Numbered from the stretch's first letter, positions 47,625 to 58,034 are shown. The stretch: 64,000 nucleotides of DNA from an uncultured Gemmatimonadaceae bacterium (GCA_963817955.1 CAWFQK010000002.1:960001-1024000), one strand, 5' to 3'. Notes: a model not told the origin generated them from the letters alone. A program made the numbers and translations.

Positions 47625-49781
47625 ATGAAGACACTCACAGCGCTGATCGCTCTCGTCCTATGCGCCGCTCGACTCGGCGCGCAGGCGTCGCTGCCGAAGT
47701 ACCCACCGGCCGTCCGCGGCGCGCAGAGCGACGATCTGAACGGCGTTCGTGTCGCCGATCCATACCGCTGGCTCGAGAACCTATCGTCGCCGGAAGTGCG
47801 CACGTGGATTACCGCGGAGAATGCCGCGACGGAGGCGTTCATCGCCCAGACGCCTCGGCGGAAGGAGATCCGAGATCTCGTACGTCGTGCGTGGGACACT
47901 CCTCGAACTGGCGTGCCATTCGCCGGCGGAGACCGCCTGTTCTACTATCAGAGCGACGGTCTGGAAAACCAGCCCGTGCTCTACGTTCAGGACCGCACCG
48001 AACTGTCGCCGCGCGTTCTGATCGATCCGAACACGTTCTCGCCGGAGGGCCTGATAGCAATCGTCGACCAGTCGCCGGCGCCGGACGGCAAGTATCTCGC
48101 CTACGCCGTATCCAAGCAGGGGTCCGCGTGGCGAACGGTACGAATCCGCGACGTGCGCACGACCCAGGATCTCACGGACGAGTTGCAAGGCATCAAAGAT
48201 TCTCCGCTTGCGTGGACGCGCGACACCCGTGGCTTCTTCTACATCCGTTCTGATGCGGGGCGCGCGGCACTCACGACGAATCCGCTGGCGCCGGACGGCC
48301 GCCAGCAGGTGTTCTATCACCGGCTCGGGCGCCCGCAGACCGACGATCGGTTGATGTATGAGAATGCCGCACACCCCGAGTGGCGGCTCCACGTGGATGT
48401 GAGTGACGACGGCCAGTATCTGGTGATCGCGGCGCGTGTCGGCACCGATGCGAACAACCGGCTGTACCTGATCGATCTGGACAATCCAGGGCACCCCAAC
48501 CTCGCCGCCCCACTCGTCACCCTGTTCGATGGAGCCGATGCGCTCTACGAGTTCGCGGGCAGCGCCGACCAGCTGTTCTTCATTCGCACGACGCGTCACG
48601 CCCCACGCGGCCGGCTGGTCGCCGTCGACATCAACATGCCCGATGAGGACCATTGGACGACCGTGGTGCGCGAGACCTACGATCCGCTCATTGCCGCTCA
48701 CCGCGCGGATGATCGCATTGTGGCGCACCGGCTGCACGACGCACGATCGGTGCTCGAGCTCTATGGCTTCGACGGCGGACTGCGCGGCATCGTTCCACTA
48801 CCGGGGCTCGGAACCGTCACTGAAATATCCGGCCGTGAGAGCGACCGCGAGTTCTACTTCGGCTACACATCGTTTCTTCAGCCGATGACAATCTTCCGCT
48901 ACAGCAGCGACGCACGCGCCGCTGCGCCATTCCGGAACGTCCGTCCCGACACCGCGCTCGCCGACTTCGAAACCACGCAGCTTTTTTTCACCGCCAAGGA
49001 TGGGACGCGCGTGCCCATGTTCATCACGGCACGCCGCGGACTGCCGCTCGACGGTAGCCATCCGGCAATCTTGGCGGCGAGCGGTGTCGATGACGGTGGC
49101 GTCGGATTCAACGCCGTGGCGACTCCTGAGTTCTCGCCAAGGGTGGCGGCATGGCTCCAGCTTGGAGGCATCTACGCCGTGGCCAACGTGCGCGGTGGAT
49201 GGGAGTATGGCCGCGCGTGGCAGGAGAGCGGTATCGGGCATCACACACAGGTTAGCATCGATGATTTCCTGAGCGCCGCCGAGTTCCTCGTCGACCGGCG
49301 GTACACGAAGACAGCCTTCTTGTCGATTGCCGGCCGTGGCACCGGTGGGGTGCTGGTTGGAGCGGCGCTCACGCAGCGCCCAGAGCTGTTCGCCGCGGCA
49401 TGGATCGACGCCGGGGTATTCGACATGACGCGGTTCAATCGATTCACGGTGGGAGCGTCGTGGATTCCGGAGTTCGGGTCGCCCGACCGTCCCGATGACC
49501 TCCGCGTTCTACTCGCCTACTCCCCACTCCAGAACGTCCGAGCGGGGACGCGGTTTCCCGCCACACTCCTGACCGTCGGGGATCACGATGAAGTCGTGAC
49601 ACCGGCGCACAGCCTCAAATTCGCGGCGGCGCTCCAATGGGCGCAGGCGGCACCAGCGCCAGTGCTCCTGCACGTCGTCTTCGACGCCGGGTTCGGCCCA
49701 GGCACTCCCACGGCGATGCAGATCGCGCGCGACACGGACGTCTTGTCGTTCCTCTCGAGCGCCTTACACCTCTCGCGATGA
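47625..49781 (+). CDS. Secreted prolyl oligopeptidase (S9A) homolog lacking catalytic Ser and His
   Basis: Signal peptide, ADPYRWLE, KDGTRVPMFI, ANVRGGWEYG, QRPELF; GRGTGG in place of GGSNGG and AGFG in place of AGHG. Confidence 0.88.
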   Translation: MKTLTALIALVLCAARLGAQASLPKYPPAVRGAQSDDLNGVRVADPYRWLENLSSPEVRTWITAENAATEAFIAQTPRRKEIRDLVRRAWDTPRTGVPFAGGDRLFYYQSDGLENQPVLYVQDRTELSPRVLIDPNTFSPEGLIAIVDQSPAPDGKYLAYAVSKQGSAWRTVRIRDVRTTQDLTDELQGIKDSPLAWTRDTRGFFYIRSDAGRAALTTNPLAPDGRQQVFYHRLGRPQTDDRLMYENAAHPEWRLHVDVSDDGQYLVIAARVGTDANNRLYLIDLDNPGHPNLAAPLVTLFDGADALYEFAGSADQLFFIRTTRHAPRGRLVAVDINMPDEDHWTTVVRETYDPLIAAHRADDRIVAHRLHDARSVLELYGFDGGLRGIVPLPGLGTVTEISGRESDREFYFGYTSFLQPMTIFRYSSDARAAAPFRNVRPDTALADFETTQLFFTAKDGTRVPMFITARRGLPLDGSHPAILAASGVDDGGVGFNAVATPEFSPRVAAWLQLGGIYAVANVRGGWEYGRAWQESGIGHHTQVSIDDFLSAAEFLVDRRYTKTAFLSIAGRGTGGVLVGAALTQRPELFAAAWIDAGVFDMTRFNRFTVGASWIPEFGSPDRPDDLRVLLAYSPLQNVRAGTRFPATLLTVGDHDEVVTPAHSLKFAAALQWAQAAPAPVLLHVVFDAGFGPGTPTAMQIARDTDVLSFLSSALHLSR

Positions 49782-49839
49782 CGCAACGGTTCCGGCCTAC
49801 AGCCTTGCTGCGCGTTGAACGCCCGGTCACCTTTCGCGC

Positions 49840-50421
49840 ATGAGCATGCTCGCGGGCTATGCGGCGTTCGTCGCCGGCGCGAAAATAGTGTTGTTCTACG
49901 TCGGGATCGCGATGTTCCTCATCAGCGCTTTCGACTGGGCGGTGCGGACGCGGCGGATCAATCCGTTCAGTCGTTCGGCGCGTTTCTTTCGCGGGAACAT
50001 CGACCCGCTCTTGCAGCCGATAGAGCGCGTGGTCGTCCGGGCGGGCGGCGTGCCGTCGTCTGCCGCGTGGTGGGCATTCGTGGCATACATCATCGGCGCG
50101 ATCCTGCTCATTTCGCTGATGCAGTTCGCCGGGCGCATCCTGTCGCAGGTCATGTTCGGGATCAGCGCGCCATCCACCATCCCGATGCTGCTGGTCTCCT
50201 GGGGCTTTGCGTTGCTCCGCTTGGCGCTGCTGGTCCGCGTGCTGTCTTCCTGGCTTCCGATCTCGCCGTACTCGGCATGGATCCGGTGGTCATACTGGCT
50301 CACGGAGTGGATGATCGCGCCACTGCGCCGAGTCATCCCACTCATCGGCGCCATCGACATCACGCCAATCGTCGCGTGGTTTCTCTTGAGCATCATCCAG
50401 AGCGCACTCGGCGTTCCGTGA
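49840..50421 (+). CDS. yggT: YggT family membrane protein
   Basis: [28 protein letters not shown]. Confidence 0.85.
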   Translation: MSMLAGYAAFVAGAKIVLFYVGIAMFLISAFDWAVRTRRINPFSRSARFFRGNIDPLLQPIERVVVRAGGVPSSAAWWAFVAYIIGAILLISLMQFAGRILSQVMFGISAPSTIPMLLVSWGFALLRLALLVRVLSSWLPISPYSAWIRWSYWLTEWMIAPLRRVIPLIGAIDITPIVAWFLLSIIQSALGVP

Positions 50422-50720
50422 GCGGGCTCCGAGTAACGCAATCCGGCAGTCGAGTTCGCTTCTCTGTACGTGTGCAGCCACGGGCTTCAAAGAGCGAAGT
50501 AGTGGGCCTGTACGGCGACGCGTTGAAGATCCGCCTGGCCGCGCCACCAGTGGATGGCGCCGCCAACAAAGAGTTGATCGAATTTCTCGCCGACGTCTTT
50601 GCCGTGGGCCGGCGTCAAGTTACCATTGTCGCCGGAGAGAGTTCGCGATCGAAAATCGTCGAGATCGACGGAATCGCCGAACGCTCCGTCCACGACGTCG
50701 CCGCTGGGGTCGTACGATGA
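50418..50720 (+). CDS. yggU: DUF167/YggU family protein
   Basis: [35 protein letters not shown] overlap. Confidence 0.88.
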   Translation: MSGLRVTQSGSRVRFSVRVQPRASKSEVVGLYGDALKIRLAAPPVDGAANKELIEFLADVFAVGRRQVTIVAGESSRSKIVEIDGIAERSVHDVAAGVVR

Positions 50721-51148
50721 TGCAGGAACCGATGACACGCATTCTGTTGATCGGCACCGAGTTGCCGCTGCTCGAAGGCTTGGCGCAAAGCTTCGCCGCA
50801 CTCGGGTTCACGCCAATCACCGCGCAGTCGCTCGTCGAAGGACGGGAGCTCGCGGCGCAAGCGCCACCGCTCATTGCGGTGATCAATCGCGGGTTGGCGG
50901 CGTCGGCCACGGCAGATGCGCTGAGTATTCCTCTCGCACCCGGCGGCGCGCTGGTCCTGTATCGAGGCGCGGGCAGCACGCTCGACGCATTACCGACATC
51001 GCTGCATCGTACGGTGCTGGCCGACCTCACCCTTCCGCTGGAACGGAACCGTCTCATGGCGCTGGTGCACCATGTCGGCGAGCGGGCGGGGGCGACGGGC
51101 CGCGGGCGTCCCGACGACACTCCCGACGAAGTGGTGCCGCCCACCTGA
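50717..51148 (+). CDS. Hypothetical protein, possibly a degenerate receiver-like fold
   Basis: ATGA overlap; ILLIG..LLEGLAQSFAALGF alpha/beta pattern without the acidic pocket. Confidence 0.65.
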   Translation: MMQEPMTRILLIGTELPLLEGLAQSFAALGFTPITAQSLVEGRELAAQAPPLIAVINRGLAASATADALSIPLAPGGALVLYRGAGSTLDALPTSLHRTVLADLTLPLERNRLMALVHHVGERAGATGRGRPDDTPDEVVPPT

Positions 51149-51211
51149 CCGGGCGCCCCTCGCACATTGCCTCGTCCTTCGCGGGGTGCTAGACTGTAAT
51201 GACAACTGACA

Positions 51212-51261
51212 TCGTGGCGATTTTAGGCAAATTGCGGCCACGTAAAACATTCCGCTAAAGC
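51212..51261 (+). ncRNA. SAM-II (SAM-alpha)-class riboswitch aptamer upstream of metH
   Basis: P1 CGTGGC/GCCACG, loop GATTT, TTGCG pairing with 3' CGCTAAA (H-type pseudoknot); directly 5' of methionine synthase. Confidence 0.82.
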
Positions 51262-51265
51262 GCCC

Positions 51266-51300
51266 GCCCGAGCGCTTGCGTTCGGGCATTTTTCTTTTTT
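51266..51300 (+). terminator. Intrinsic terminator in the metH leader
   Basis: GCCCGAGCGC-TT-GCGTTCGGGC followed by ATTTTTCTTTTTT. Confidence 0.82.
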
Positions 51301-51316
51301 ACGGATACGGATTGCG

Positions 51317-54300
51317 ATGGCCGATCTGACGTCTTCTTCCCCTTCGTCGTATACGCCGTCCGCCGGGGCAGCATCCGCGCCGGCGACGACAAGCGCGTAT
51401 CTCGCGGCCATTGCCCAGCGGGTTCTCGTCTTCGACGGCGCGATGGGTACGAACCTTCAGCGTCATCACCCGACGCCAGAAGATTTCGGAGGGAAATCGC
51501 TCGAGGGCTGCAACGATCACCTGGTGCTGACGCGCCCCGACATCATTCAGTCAATCCACGAATCGTTCCTTGCCGTGGGATGCGATGTCGTCGAGACCTG
51601 CACGTTCCAGTCGACGCCGCATCGCTTGCGCGAATGGGGAATCGAAGAGAAGACGCATGACGTGAATGTTGCCGCCGCGCGCCTGGCGCGCGCCGCCTGC
51701 GACAAGTTCTCCACGCCGGAGCAGCCGCGCTTCGTCGCCGGCTCGATCGGGCCCACGGGACTGCTGCTGTCGAGCAGCGATCCCGTGCTCTCGAATACGA
51801 CGTTCGCCGAACTGGAGACGAACTATTACACGCAGGCCAAGTATCTCGTGGAAGGCGGGGTGGACGTCCTGCTCATCGAGACGGCGCAGGATATTCTCGA
51901 GATGAAAGCGGCGATCGCCGGTTTCGAGCGGCTGTTCGCCGAGATCGGTCGGCGCGTGGCCATCCAGGCGCAGATCACGCTCGACACGAGCGGCCGCATG
52001 CTACTCGGCACGGACATCGCCAGCGCGATGACGACGCTCGAAGCGCTGCCGATCGACGTCATTGGGCTGAACTGCTCGACTGGCCCCGAGCACATGCGCG
52101 AGCCAATCCGCTTTCTGGCGGAGAATGCGTCGCGCCCCGTGTCGTGCATTCCGAACGCCGGACTTCCACTCAACACCGGGACTGGCGACGCCATCTATCC
52201 GCTGGAGCCCGCGTCGATGGCCCAGATGCTCGGCGAGTTCGTCGAAGAGTTCGGCGTGCGCGTCGTAGGCGGATGCTGCGGCACGACGCCGGAGCATCTG
52301 GAGGCGATCGTACGGCGGGTGTCGCGACCGGCGGCGCACAGAGATCCTTCGGTCGCTACGCTCCCTCAGGACAGCAAAGCCGGCGGCAAGCGCGGCTCCA
52401 GGGTGCCGCGGGCGAGCAGCGCCATGCGCGCCATGGACTTCGACCAGAACCCCAAGCCGTTGCTCATCGGCGAGCGCGTGAACGCCCAGGGCTCACGCAA
52501 AGTGAAGCGGCTGCTGCTCGCTGACGACTACGAGGGCATCTCCGATGTGGCGCGCGAGCAGGTGGAGTCTGGCGCGCACGTGCTCGATGTCTGTGTCGCC
52601 GTGACCGAGCGCGGCGACGAAGTGGAACAGATGGCGAAAGTAGTGAAGCTGCTCTCCATGACGGTGGATACCCCGATCATGGTCGACTCCACGGAGCCGG
52701 CAGTGATCGAGCGCGCGCTGGAAGCGATTCCGGGACGCGCCATCATCAACTCGATCAACATGGAGAACGGACGCGAGCGCATCGATCGCGTCGTGCCGAT
52801 CGCCAAGAAGCATGGCGCCGCCTTGGTCGCCCTGACGATTGATCCGATCGGCATGGCCAAGACACGCGACCGGAAGCTCGAGGTGGCAAAGAAGATTTAC
52901 GATATCGTCGTTGGAGAATATGGTCTGAAGCCCCAGGACCTGATCTACGACGATCTGACGTTCACCCTCGCGACGGGCGACGCCGAGTGGATCGACTCCG
53001 CCGTCGAAACACTCGAAGGCATTCGTCTCATCAAGCGCGAGTTGCCCGGGGTGTTCACGAGCCTCGGCGTATCCAACGTGAGCTTCGGACTCGCGCCGGA
53101 CGCGCGGGCGGTTCTGAATTCAGTATTCCTGCATCACTGTGTCGAAGCCGGGCTCGACATGGCCATCGTGAACCCGGCGCACGTGCAGCCGTACGCCGAG
53201 ATTCCCGGCGAGGAGCGGACGCTGGCGGACGATCTCGTCTTCAATCGCCGACCGGATGCGCTGCAGCGGTTCATCGAGCACTTCGACACAGGGAAGCAGG
53301 ACCGCGGGCCCCAGACGGAGAAGGCAGATCCGACCGCCGACATGACGGCCGAGCAGCGCGTGCACTATATGGTGGTGCACCGGAAGAAGGACGGCATCGA
53401 GGCGGCACTCGACGCCGCCAGCGTACGCGAGCATCCGGTCCGCGTGCTCAACGAAGTGCTGCTGCCGGCCATGAAGGAAGTCGGCGACAAGTTTGGCGCC
53501 GGCGAGCTCATTCTGCCGTTCGTACTCCAGTCGGCAGAGGTGATGAAGAAGGCCGTGAAGCACCTCGAGCAATTCCTCGAACGCGCCGAAGGCTACACCA
53601 AGGGCCGCGTGGTGCTGGCGACGGTGTACGGCGATGTGCATGACATCGGCAAGTCGCTCGTCAACACGATCCTGTCGAACAACGGCTATACGGTCTTCGA
53701 CCTGGGCAAGCAGGTGCCGGTGAACACGATCATCGAGAAGGCGATAGAGGTGAACGCCGATGCGATCGGTCTGTCGGCGCTGCTCGTGTCGACATCGAAG
53801 CAGATGCCGATGTGCGTGCAGGAGCTCGATCGGCGAGGACTGAAGATTCCGGTGCTGATCGGCGGCGCGGCGATCAACCGCCGGTTTGGGCGGCGTGCAT
53901 TGTATGTCGAAGGCGAGCGTCCATACGATTCCGGCGTGTTCTACTGCAAGGACGCGTTCGAGGGACTGGACACGATGGACCGCTTGCAGAACACGGAGGG
54001 CCGCGAGGCCTTCATCACGCACCTCCTCGACGAAGCACGCAACGACAAGTTCCTGCACACCAACGTCGGCAAGGATACGTCGGCGGGGACGGCTGGTGGC
54101 GAGCGCAGCGATGTGAGCGCCGACAACCCGGTACCGGCCGCGCCGTTCTTCGGCACGCGCACGTTGACGGACATTCCGATTAACGAAGTCTTCGATCTCC
54201 TCGACCTCGACGAGCTCTATCGTCTGCAGTGGGGTGGCCGCGGCTCGGGCCCGGAATTCGACAAGATGGTGCGCGACGTCTTCGAGCCGACGCTCGCGCG

Positions 54301-54913
54301 GCTCAAGGAATGGGCACTAAAGGATGGATGGCTCGTTCCGAGCGCAGTCTACGGACTGTTTCCGGTGCAGGCAGACGGAAACAACCTGGTCGTTTACAAT
54401 CCGGAGAAGTACACCGCTGATGGAACGACCACGGAGATCGCCCGCTTTCATTTTCCGCGACAGGAAGGCCGCGAACGACTCTGCCTTGCGGACTATTTCC
54501 GCGCCGTGGGTTCCACCGACGTGGATGTCGCCGGATTGCAGATCGTGACCGTCGGCAATGCGGCGAGCGCGTTGTTCGACCAGTTACAGGCGGCAAACGA
54601 GTTCACCGAAGCATTCTACGTCCACGGGATCTCCGTCGAGATGGCGGAGGCGATGGCGGAATGGATGCACCGGAAGATTCGCCACGACCTCGGCTTGCCG
54701 GCTGGTCAGGGCAAACGGTATTCATGGGGCTACGGCGCGTGTCCCGATCTCGAGGACCACGAGCAGGTGTTCACGCTCCTGCCCGCCGAGCGCGAGCTCG
54801 GCATGCAACTCACCAGCGCATTCCAACTGCTGCCCGAACAGAGCACGGCAGCAATCATCGTCCATCACCCGCAGGCGAAATACTACGCCGTCCGCGGCGA
54901 GGGCAATCGATGA
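51317..54913 (+). CDS. metH: Cobalamin-dependent methionine synthase
   Basis: DGAMGT, GLNC, GGCCGTTP, IGERVN, GDVHDIGK, SALL, RYSWGYGACPD, PEQST. Confidence 0.97.
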   Translation: MADLTSSSPSSYTPSAGAASAPATTSAYLAAIAQRVLVFDGAMGTNLQRHHPTPEDFGGKSLEGCNDHLVLTRPDIIQSIHESFLAVGCDVVETCTFQSTPHRLREWGIEEKTHDVNVAAARLARAACDKFSTPEQPRFVAGSIGPTGLLLSSSDPVLSNTTFAELETNYYTQAKYLVEGGVDVLLIETAQDILEMKAAIAGFERLFAEIGRRVAIQAQITLDTSGRMLLGTDIASAMTTLEALPIDVIGLNCSTGPEHMREPIRFLAENASRPVSCIPNAGLPLNTGTGDAIYPLEPASMAQMLGEFVEEFGVRVVGGCCGTTPEHLEAIVRRVSRPAAHRDPSVATLPQDSKAGGKRGSRVPRASSAMRAMDFDQNPKPLLIGERVNAQGSRKVKRLLLADDYEGISDVAREQVESGAHVLDVCVAVTERGDEVEQMAKVVKLLSMTVDTPIMVDSTEPAVIERALEAIPGRAIINSINMENGRERIDRVVPIAKKHGAALVALTIDPIGMAKTRDRKLEVAKKIYDIVVGEYGLKPQDLIYDDLTFTLATGDAEWIDSAVETLEGIRLIKRELPGVFTSLGVSNVSFGLAPDARAVLNSVFLHHCVEAGLDMAIVNPAHVQPYAEIPGEERTLADDLVFNRRPDALQRFIEHFDTGKQDRGPQTEKADPTADMTAEQRVHYMVVHRKKDGIEAALDAASVREHPVRVLNEVLLPAMKEVGDKFGAGELILPFVLQSAEVMKKAVKHLEQFLERAEGYTKGRVVLATVYGDVHDIGKSLVNTILSNNGYTVFDLGKQVPVNTIIEKAIEVNADAIGLSALLVSTSKQMPMCVQELDRRGLKIPVLIGGAAINRRFGRRALYVEGERPYDSGVFYCKDAFEGLDTMDRLQNTEGREAFITHLLDEARNDKFLHTNVGKDTSAGTAGGERSDVSADNPVPAAPFFGTRTLTDIPINEVFDLLDLDELYRLQWGGRGSGPEFDKMVRDVFEPTLARLKEWALKDGWLVPSAVYGLFPVQADGNNLVVYNPEKYTADGTTTEIARFHFPRQEGRERLCLADYFRAVGSTDVDVAGLQIVTVGNAASALFDQLQAANEFTEAFYVHGISVEMAEAMAEWMHRKIRHDLGLPAGQGKRYSWGYGACPDLEDHEQVFTLLPAERELGMQLTSAFQLLPEQSTAAIIVHHPQAKYYAVRGEGNR

Positions 54914-56781
54914 ACCCCAAGCTCGAGCGTCTTCTCGATCCGAACGCCATCGTCGTATTCGACGGTGCGATGGGCACCATGCTGTACAGCAAAGGAGTGT
55001 TCATCAATCAGTGCTACGACGAGCTCAACCTGCGGGCGCCCGATCTCGTACGCGACGTCCACAAGCAGTACGTGGACGCGGGCGCGGAAGTGATCGAGAC
55101 GAACAGCTTCGGCGCGAACCGCGTGAAGCTCACGCAGCATGGCTTGCAGGAGCAGGTCCACGAGTTGAATCGCGCCGCGGCCACGGTGGCGCGCGAAGCG
55201 GCAGGCGATCGCGCGCTCGTTGCCGGCGCGGTGGGCCCGCTCGGCGTGCGGCTCGAGCCGTACGGCCCCACGAGCAAGGATGAAGCGTGCACGATCTTCC
55301 GCGAACAGATCGAAGGTCTGGTCGCAGGCGGCGTGGACCTGTTCATCGTCGAGACCTTCAGCGATCTCGAAGAGATCGAGCAGGCCATTCGTGCCGCACG
55401 CATTGTAGCGCCAGACAAGCCGGTGATCGCGCAGATGACGATCGGAGTGGACGGTCGCACACCGTACGGCGCATCGCCCGAGTACGTGGTTCGCGCGCTC
55501 GAGACGTGGGGCGCCGACGTGATCGGCCTCAACTGCTCGGTTGGTCCGCAGACCATTCTCGACTGCATCGAGAAGATGGTGCCGCAGACACGCAAGAAGC
55601 TCAGCGCCCAGCCAAATGCCGGGATGCCGCGCGACGTCGGCGGCCGCAGCATGTACATGGCCAGTCCCGAGTACATGGGCACCTACGCCCGTCATCTCGT
55701 ACAGGCGGGCGCCAAGATCGTGGGCGGCTGCTGCGGCACGACTCCGGATCACATCCGTGCAATGGTGGAGGGTGTTCGCCCGCTCACGCCGCGCATGGCG
55801 CAGACCCGCGCGGTGAGTGGTGACGGACAAGCGGCGCGCGCCGCGACGTTGGAGACCCCGCACGGAGTGGAATCGGTGCCATTCGCCGAGCGGTCACGCT
55901 TTGCGGCGAAGATGTGTCGCGGCGAGTTCGTGACGTCGGTGGAGATCGTACCGCCACGCGGCGTGGATGCGTCGCGCATGTTGAGCGACACGGCGCGTCT
56001 GAAGACGGCCGGCGTCGACGCCGTGAACGTGCCCGACGGTCCGCGCGCGCAGAGCCGCATGGGCGCGCTGATGACCAGCGTGTTGATCGAGCAGCAGGTG
56101 GGCATGGAAACCGTGACGCACTACGCCTGTCGCGACCGCAACCTGCTCGGCATGCTCAGCGACTTGTTGGGTGCATCGGCCGTTGGCCTTCGCAACCTGC
56201 TCATCATCACCGGCGATCCGCCAAAGATGGGGCCCTACCCCGACGCCACGGCCGTCTTCGACGTTGATTCGATCGGGCTGACGAATCTGGTCAGCCACCT
56301 CAATCGCGGCCTGGATCCTGGCGGAAACGCCATCGGCCAGCCGACGCGCTTTGCCATTGGCGTCGGCGTGAATCCGGTCGCCATCGATCTGGAACACGAG
56401 ATCAAGCGTTTCGACTGGAAGGTAGACGCCGGCGCAGAGTACGCCATCACGCAGCCCGTATTTGACGCGGAGCAACTCGAGCGGTTCTTCCGCCGCATTG
56501 GGACGTCGCACATTCCGGTCCTTGCCGGCATCTGGCCGCTGGTGTCGGTACGCAACGCGGAATTCCTTGCCAACGAGGTACCGGGTGTGTCGGTGCCGGA
56601 CGCAGTGATCGCGCGCATGCGCAGGGCAAATGAGCGTTCGAAGGAGCACGCGGTGGCGGAAGGCATCGCGATCGCGCGTGAGATGCTCGACCGCATCAGG
56701 CCGCTCGTGCAGGGCGTCCAGGTGTCGGCGCCGTTCGGGAAAGTGGAATTGGCACTCCAGGTCTTCGCCGATACATTGTAG
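54910..56781 (+). CDS. yitJ: Bifunctional homocysteine S-methyltransferase / methylenetetrahydrofolate reductase
   Basis: HMT domain (DGAMGT, GLNC, GGCCGTTP) fused to MTHFR (CRDRN, ITGDP, ITQP); ATGA overlap with metH. Confidence 0.92.
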   Translation: MNPKLERLLDPNAIVVFDGAMGTMLYSKGVFINQCYDELNLRAPDLVRDVHKQYVDAGAEVIETNSFGANRVKLTQHGLQEQVHELNRAAATVAREAAGDRALVAGAVGPLGVRLEPYGPTSKDEACTIFREQIEGLVAGGVDLFIVETFSDLEEIEQAIRAARIVAPDKPVIAQMTIGVDGRTPYGASPEYVVRALETWGADVIGLNCSVGPQTILDCIEKMVPQTRKKLSAQPNAGMPRDVGGRSMYMASPEYMGTYARHLVQAGAKIVGGCCGTTPDHIRAMVEGVRPLTPRMAQTRAVSGDGQAARAATLETPHGVESVPFAERSRFAAKMCRGEFVTSVEIVPPRGVDASRMLSDTARLKTAGVDAVNVPDGPRAQSRMGALMTSVLIEQQVGMETVTHYACRDRNLLGMLSDLLGASAVGLRNLLIITGDPPKMGPYPDATAVFDVDSIGLTNLVSHLNRGLDPGGNAIGQPTRFAIGVGVNPVAIDLEHEIKRFDWKVDAGAEYAITQPVFDAEQLERFFRRIGTSHIPVLAGIWPLVSVRNAEFLANEVPGVSVPDAVIARMRRANERSKEHAVAEGIAIAREMLDRIRPLVQGVQVSAPFGKVELALQVFADTL

Positions 56782-56838
56782 GCCCGACCGCATGGCGTCG
56801 GCTCAACAACCGTTCTTCCACGCCTCACGACCCAACCC

Positions 56839-58005
56839 ATGTCAAACGACCTATCGCTCGCCAACCCACCGCTGACCATGCTGTCGGAGGACGAGGAGTT
56901 GTTTCGCGATGCCGTCGCCGGATTCGCCGAAGAAGATGTTCGCCCGCGTGTGCAACAGATGGAGCGTGACGGCAAACTCGATCCTGCCCTGGTGAAGAAG
57001 TTCTTCGAGATGGGATTGATGGGCATCGAAGTCGCCGACGAATACGGCGGCGCTGGCGGCTCGCTCTTCATGGTCGCGCTCGGCGTGGAAGAGATCAGCA
57101 AAGTCGATCCCGCCGCAGCCATCCTGATGGACGTGCAGAATACGCTGGTCAACTATCCAGTCCGCACGTACGGCAGCGACTACATCAAGTCCACGTACCT
57201 CCCGCAGTTGACGGGCGAGAAGGTGGGCGCGTACGCGTTGTCGGAATCGAACTCCGGGTCGGACGCCTTCGCCATGCAGACGCGCGCCGAGCAGCGCGGC
57301 GACCGGTGGATTCTGAACGGCCGGAAGATGTGGATCACGAACGGCGCCGAAGCACAGATCTACGTCGTTTTTGCCAACGCGAATCCGCAAGCCGGGTACA
57401 AGGGAATCACTGCTTTCGTGGTCGAGCGCGGGTTCAAGGGCTTCAGCGTCGGCAAGAAGGAAGACAAGCTTGGCATCAGAGCCTCGAGCACCACGGAGCT
57501 CATTCTCGACGACGTCGAGGTGCCGGCCGAAAACGTGCTCGGTCCTGTCGGCCAGGGATACAAGATCGCGATCGAGACACTGAACGAAGGCCGGATTGGC
57601 ATTGGCGCCCAGATGATCGGCGTCGCGTCCGGCGCGTTGCGCGCCGCGACGGAATACGTGAAGGAGCGTACACAGTTCGGCAAGAAGCTGGGCGATTTTC
57701 AAGGGATTCAATTCCAGCTTGCTCAAGCACGCACCGAGCTGGAGGCCGCACGGCTCATGGTCTACAACGCCGCGCGTCTCAAAGACGCCGGCCGCGATAT
57801 CGCGATGGAAGGCGCAATGGCCAAGCTCTTCTCGTCCCAGGTGGCCGAACGCGTAACCTCCATCTCGCTCGAGCTGTTCGGCGGATATGGCTACACGAAG
57901 GATTATCCCGCCGAGAAGTTCTACCGCGACGCCAAGATCGGCGCGATTTATGAAGGCACGAGCAACATGCAGTTGCAGACGATCGCCAAGGGGATGCTGA
58001 AGTAG
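56839..58005 (+). CDS. Acyl-CoA dehydrogenase (short/branched chain-like)
   Basis: ALSESNSGSD, KMWITNG, KLGIRASST, GGYGY, IYEGTSNMQ. Confidence 0.94.
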   Translation: MSNDLSLANPPLTMLSEDEELFRDAVAGFAEEDVRPRVQQMERDGKLDPALVKKFFEMGLMGIEVADEYGGAGGSLFMVALGVEEISKVDPAAAILMDVQNTLVNYPVRTYGSDYIKSTYLPQLTGEKVGAYALSESNSGSDAFAMQTRAEQRGDRWILNGRKMWITNGAEAQIYVVFANANPQAGYKGITAFVVERGFKGFSVGKKEDKLGIRASSTTELILDDVEVPAENVLGPVGQGYKIAIETLNEGRIGIGAQMIGVASGALRAATEYVKERTQFGKKLGDFQGIQFQLAQARTELEAARLMVYNAARLKDAGRDIAMEGAMAKLFSSQVAERVTSISLELFGGYGYTKDYPAEKFYRDAKIGAIYEGTSNMQLQTIAKGMLK

Positions 58006-58026
58006 GGGACACGGGACACGGGACAA
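58006..58026 (+). repeat. GGGACAC heptamer run
   Basis: Three units starting immediately after the TAG. Confidence 0.8.
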
Positions 58027-58034
58027 CGGCGCAC

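Noticed and set aside
51199..51258. 19-codon leader peptide (MTTDIVAILGKLRPRKTFR) as a metH attenuator
   Set aside because: It has no Met/Cys codon run and no RBS; the SAM-II aptamer explains the sequence better.
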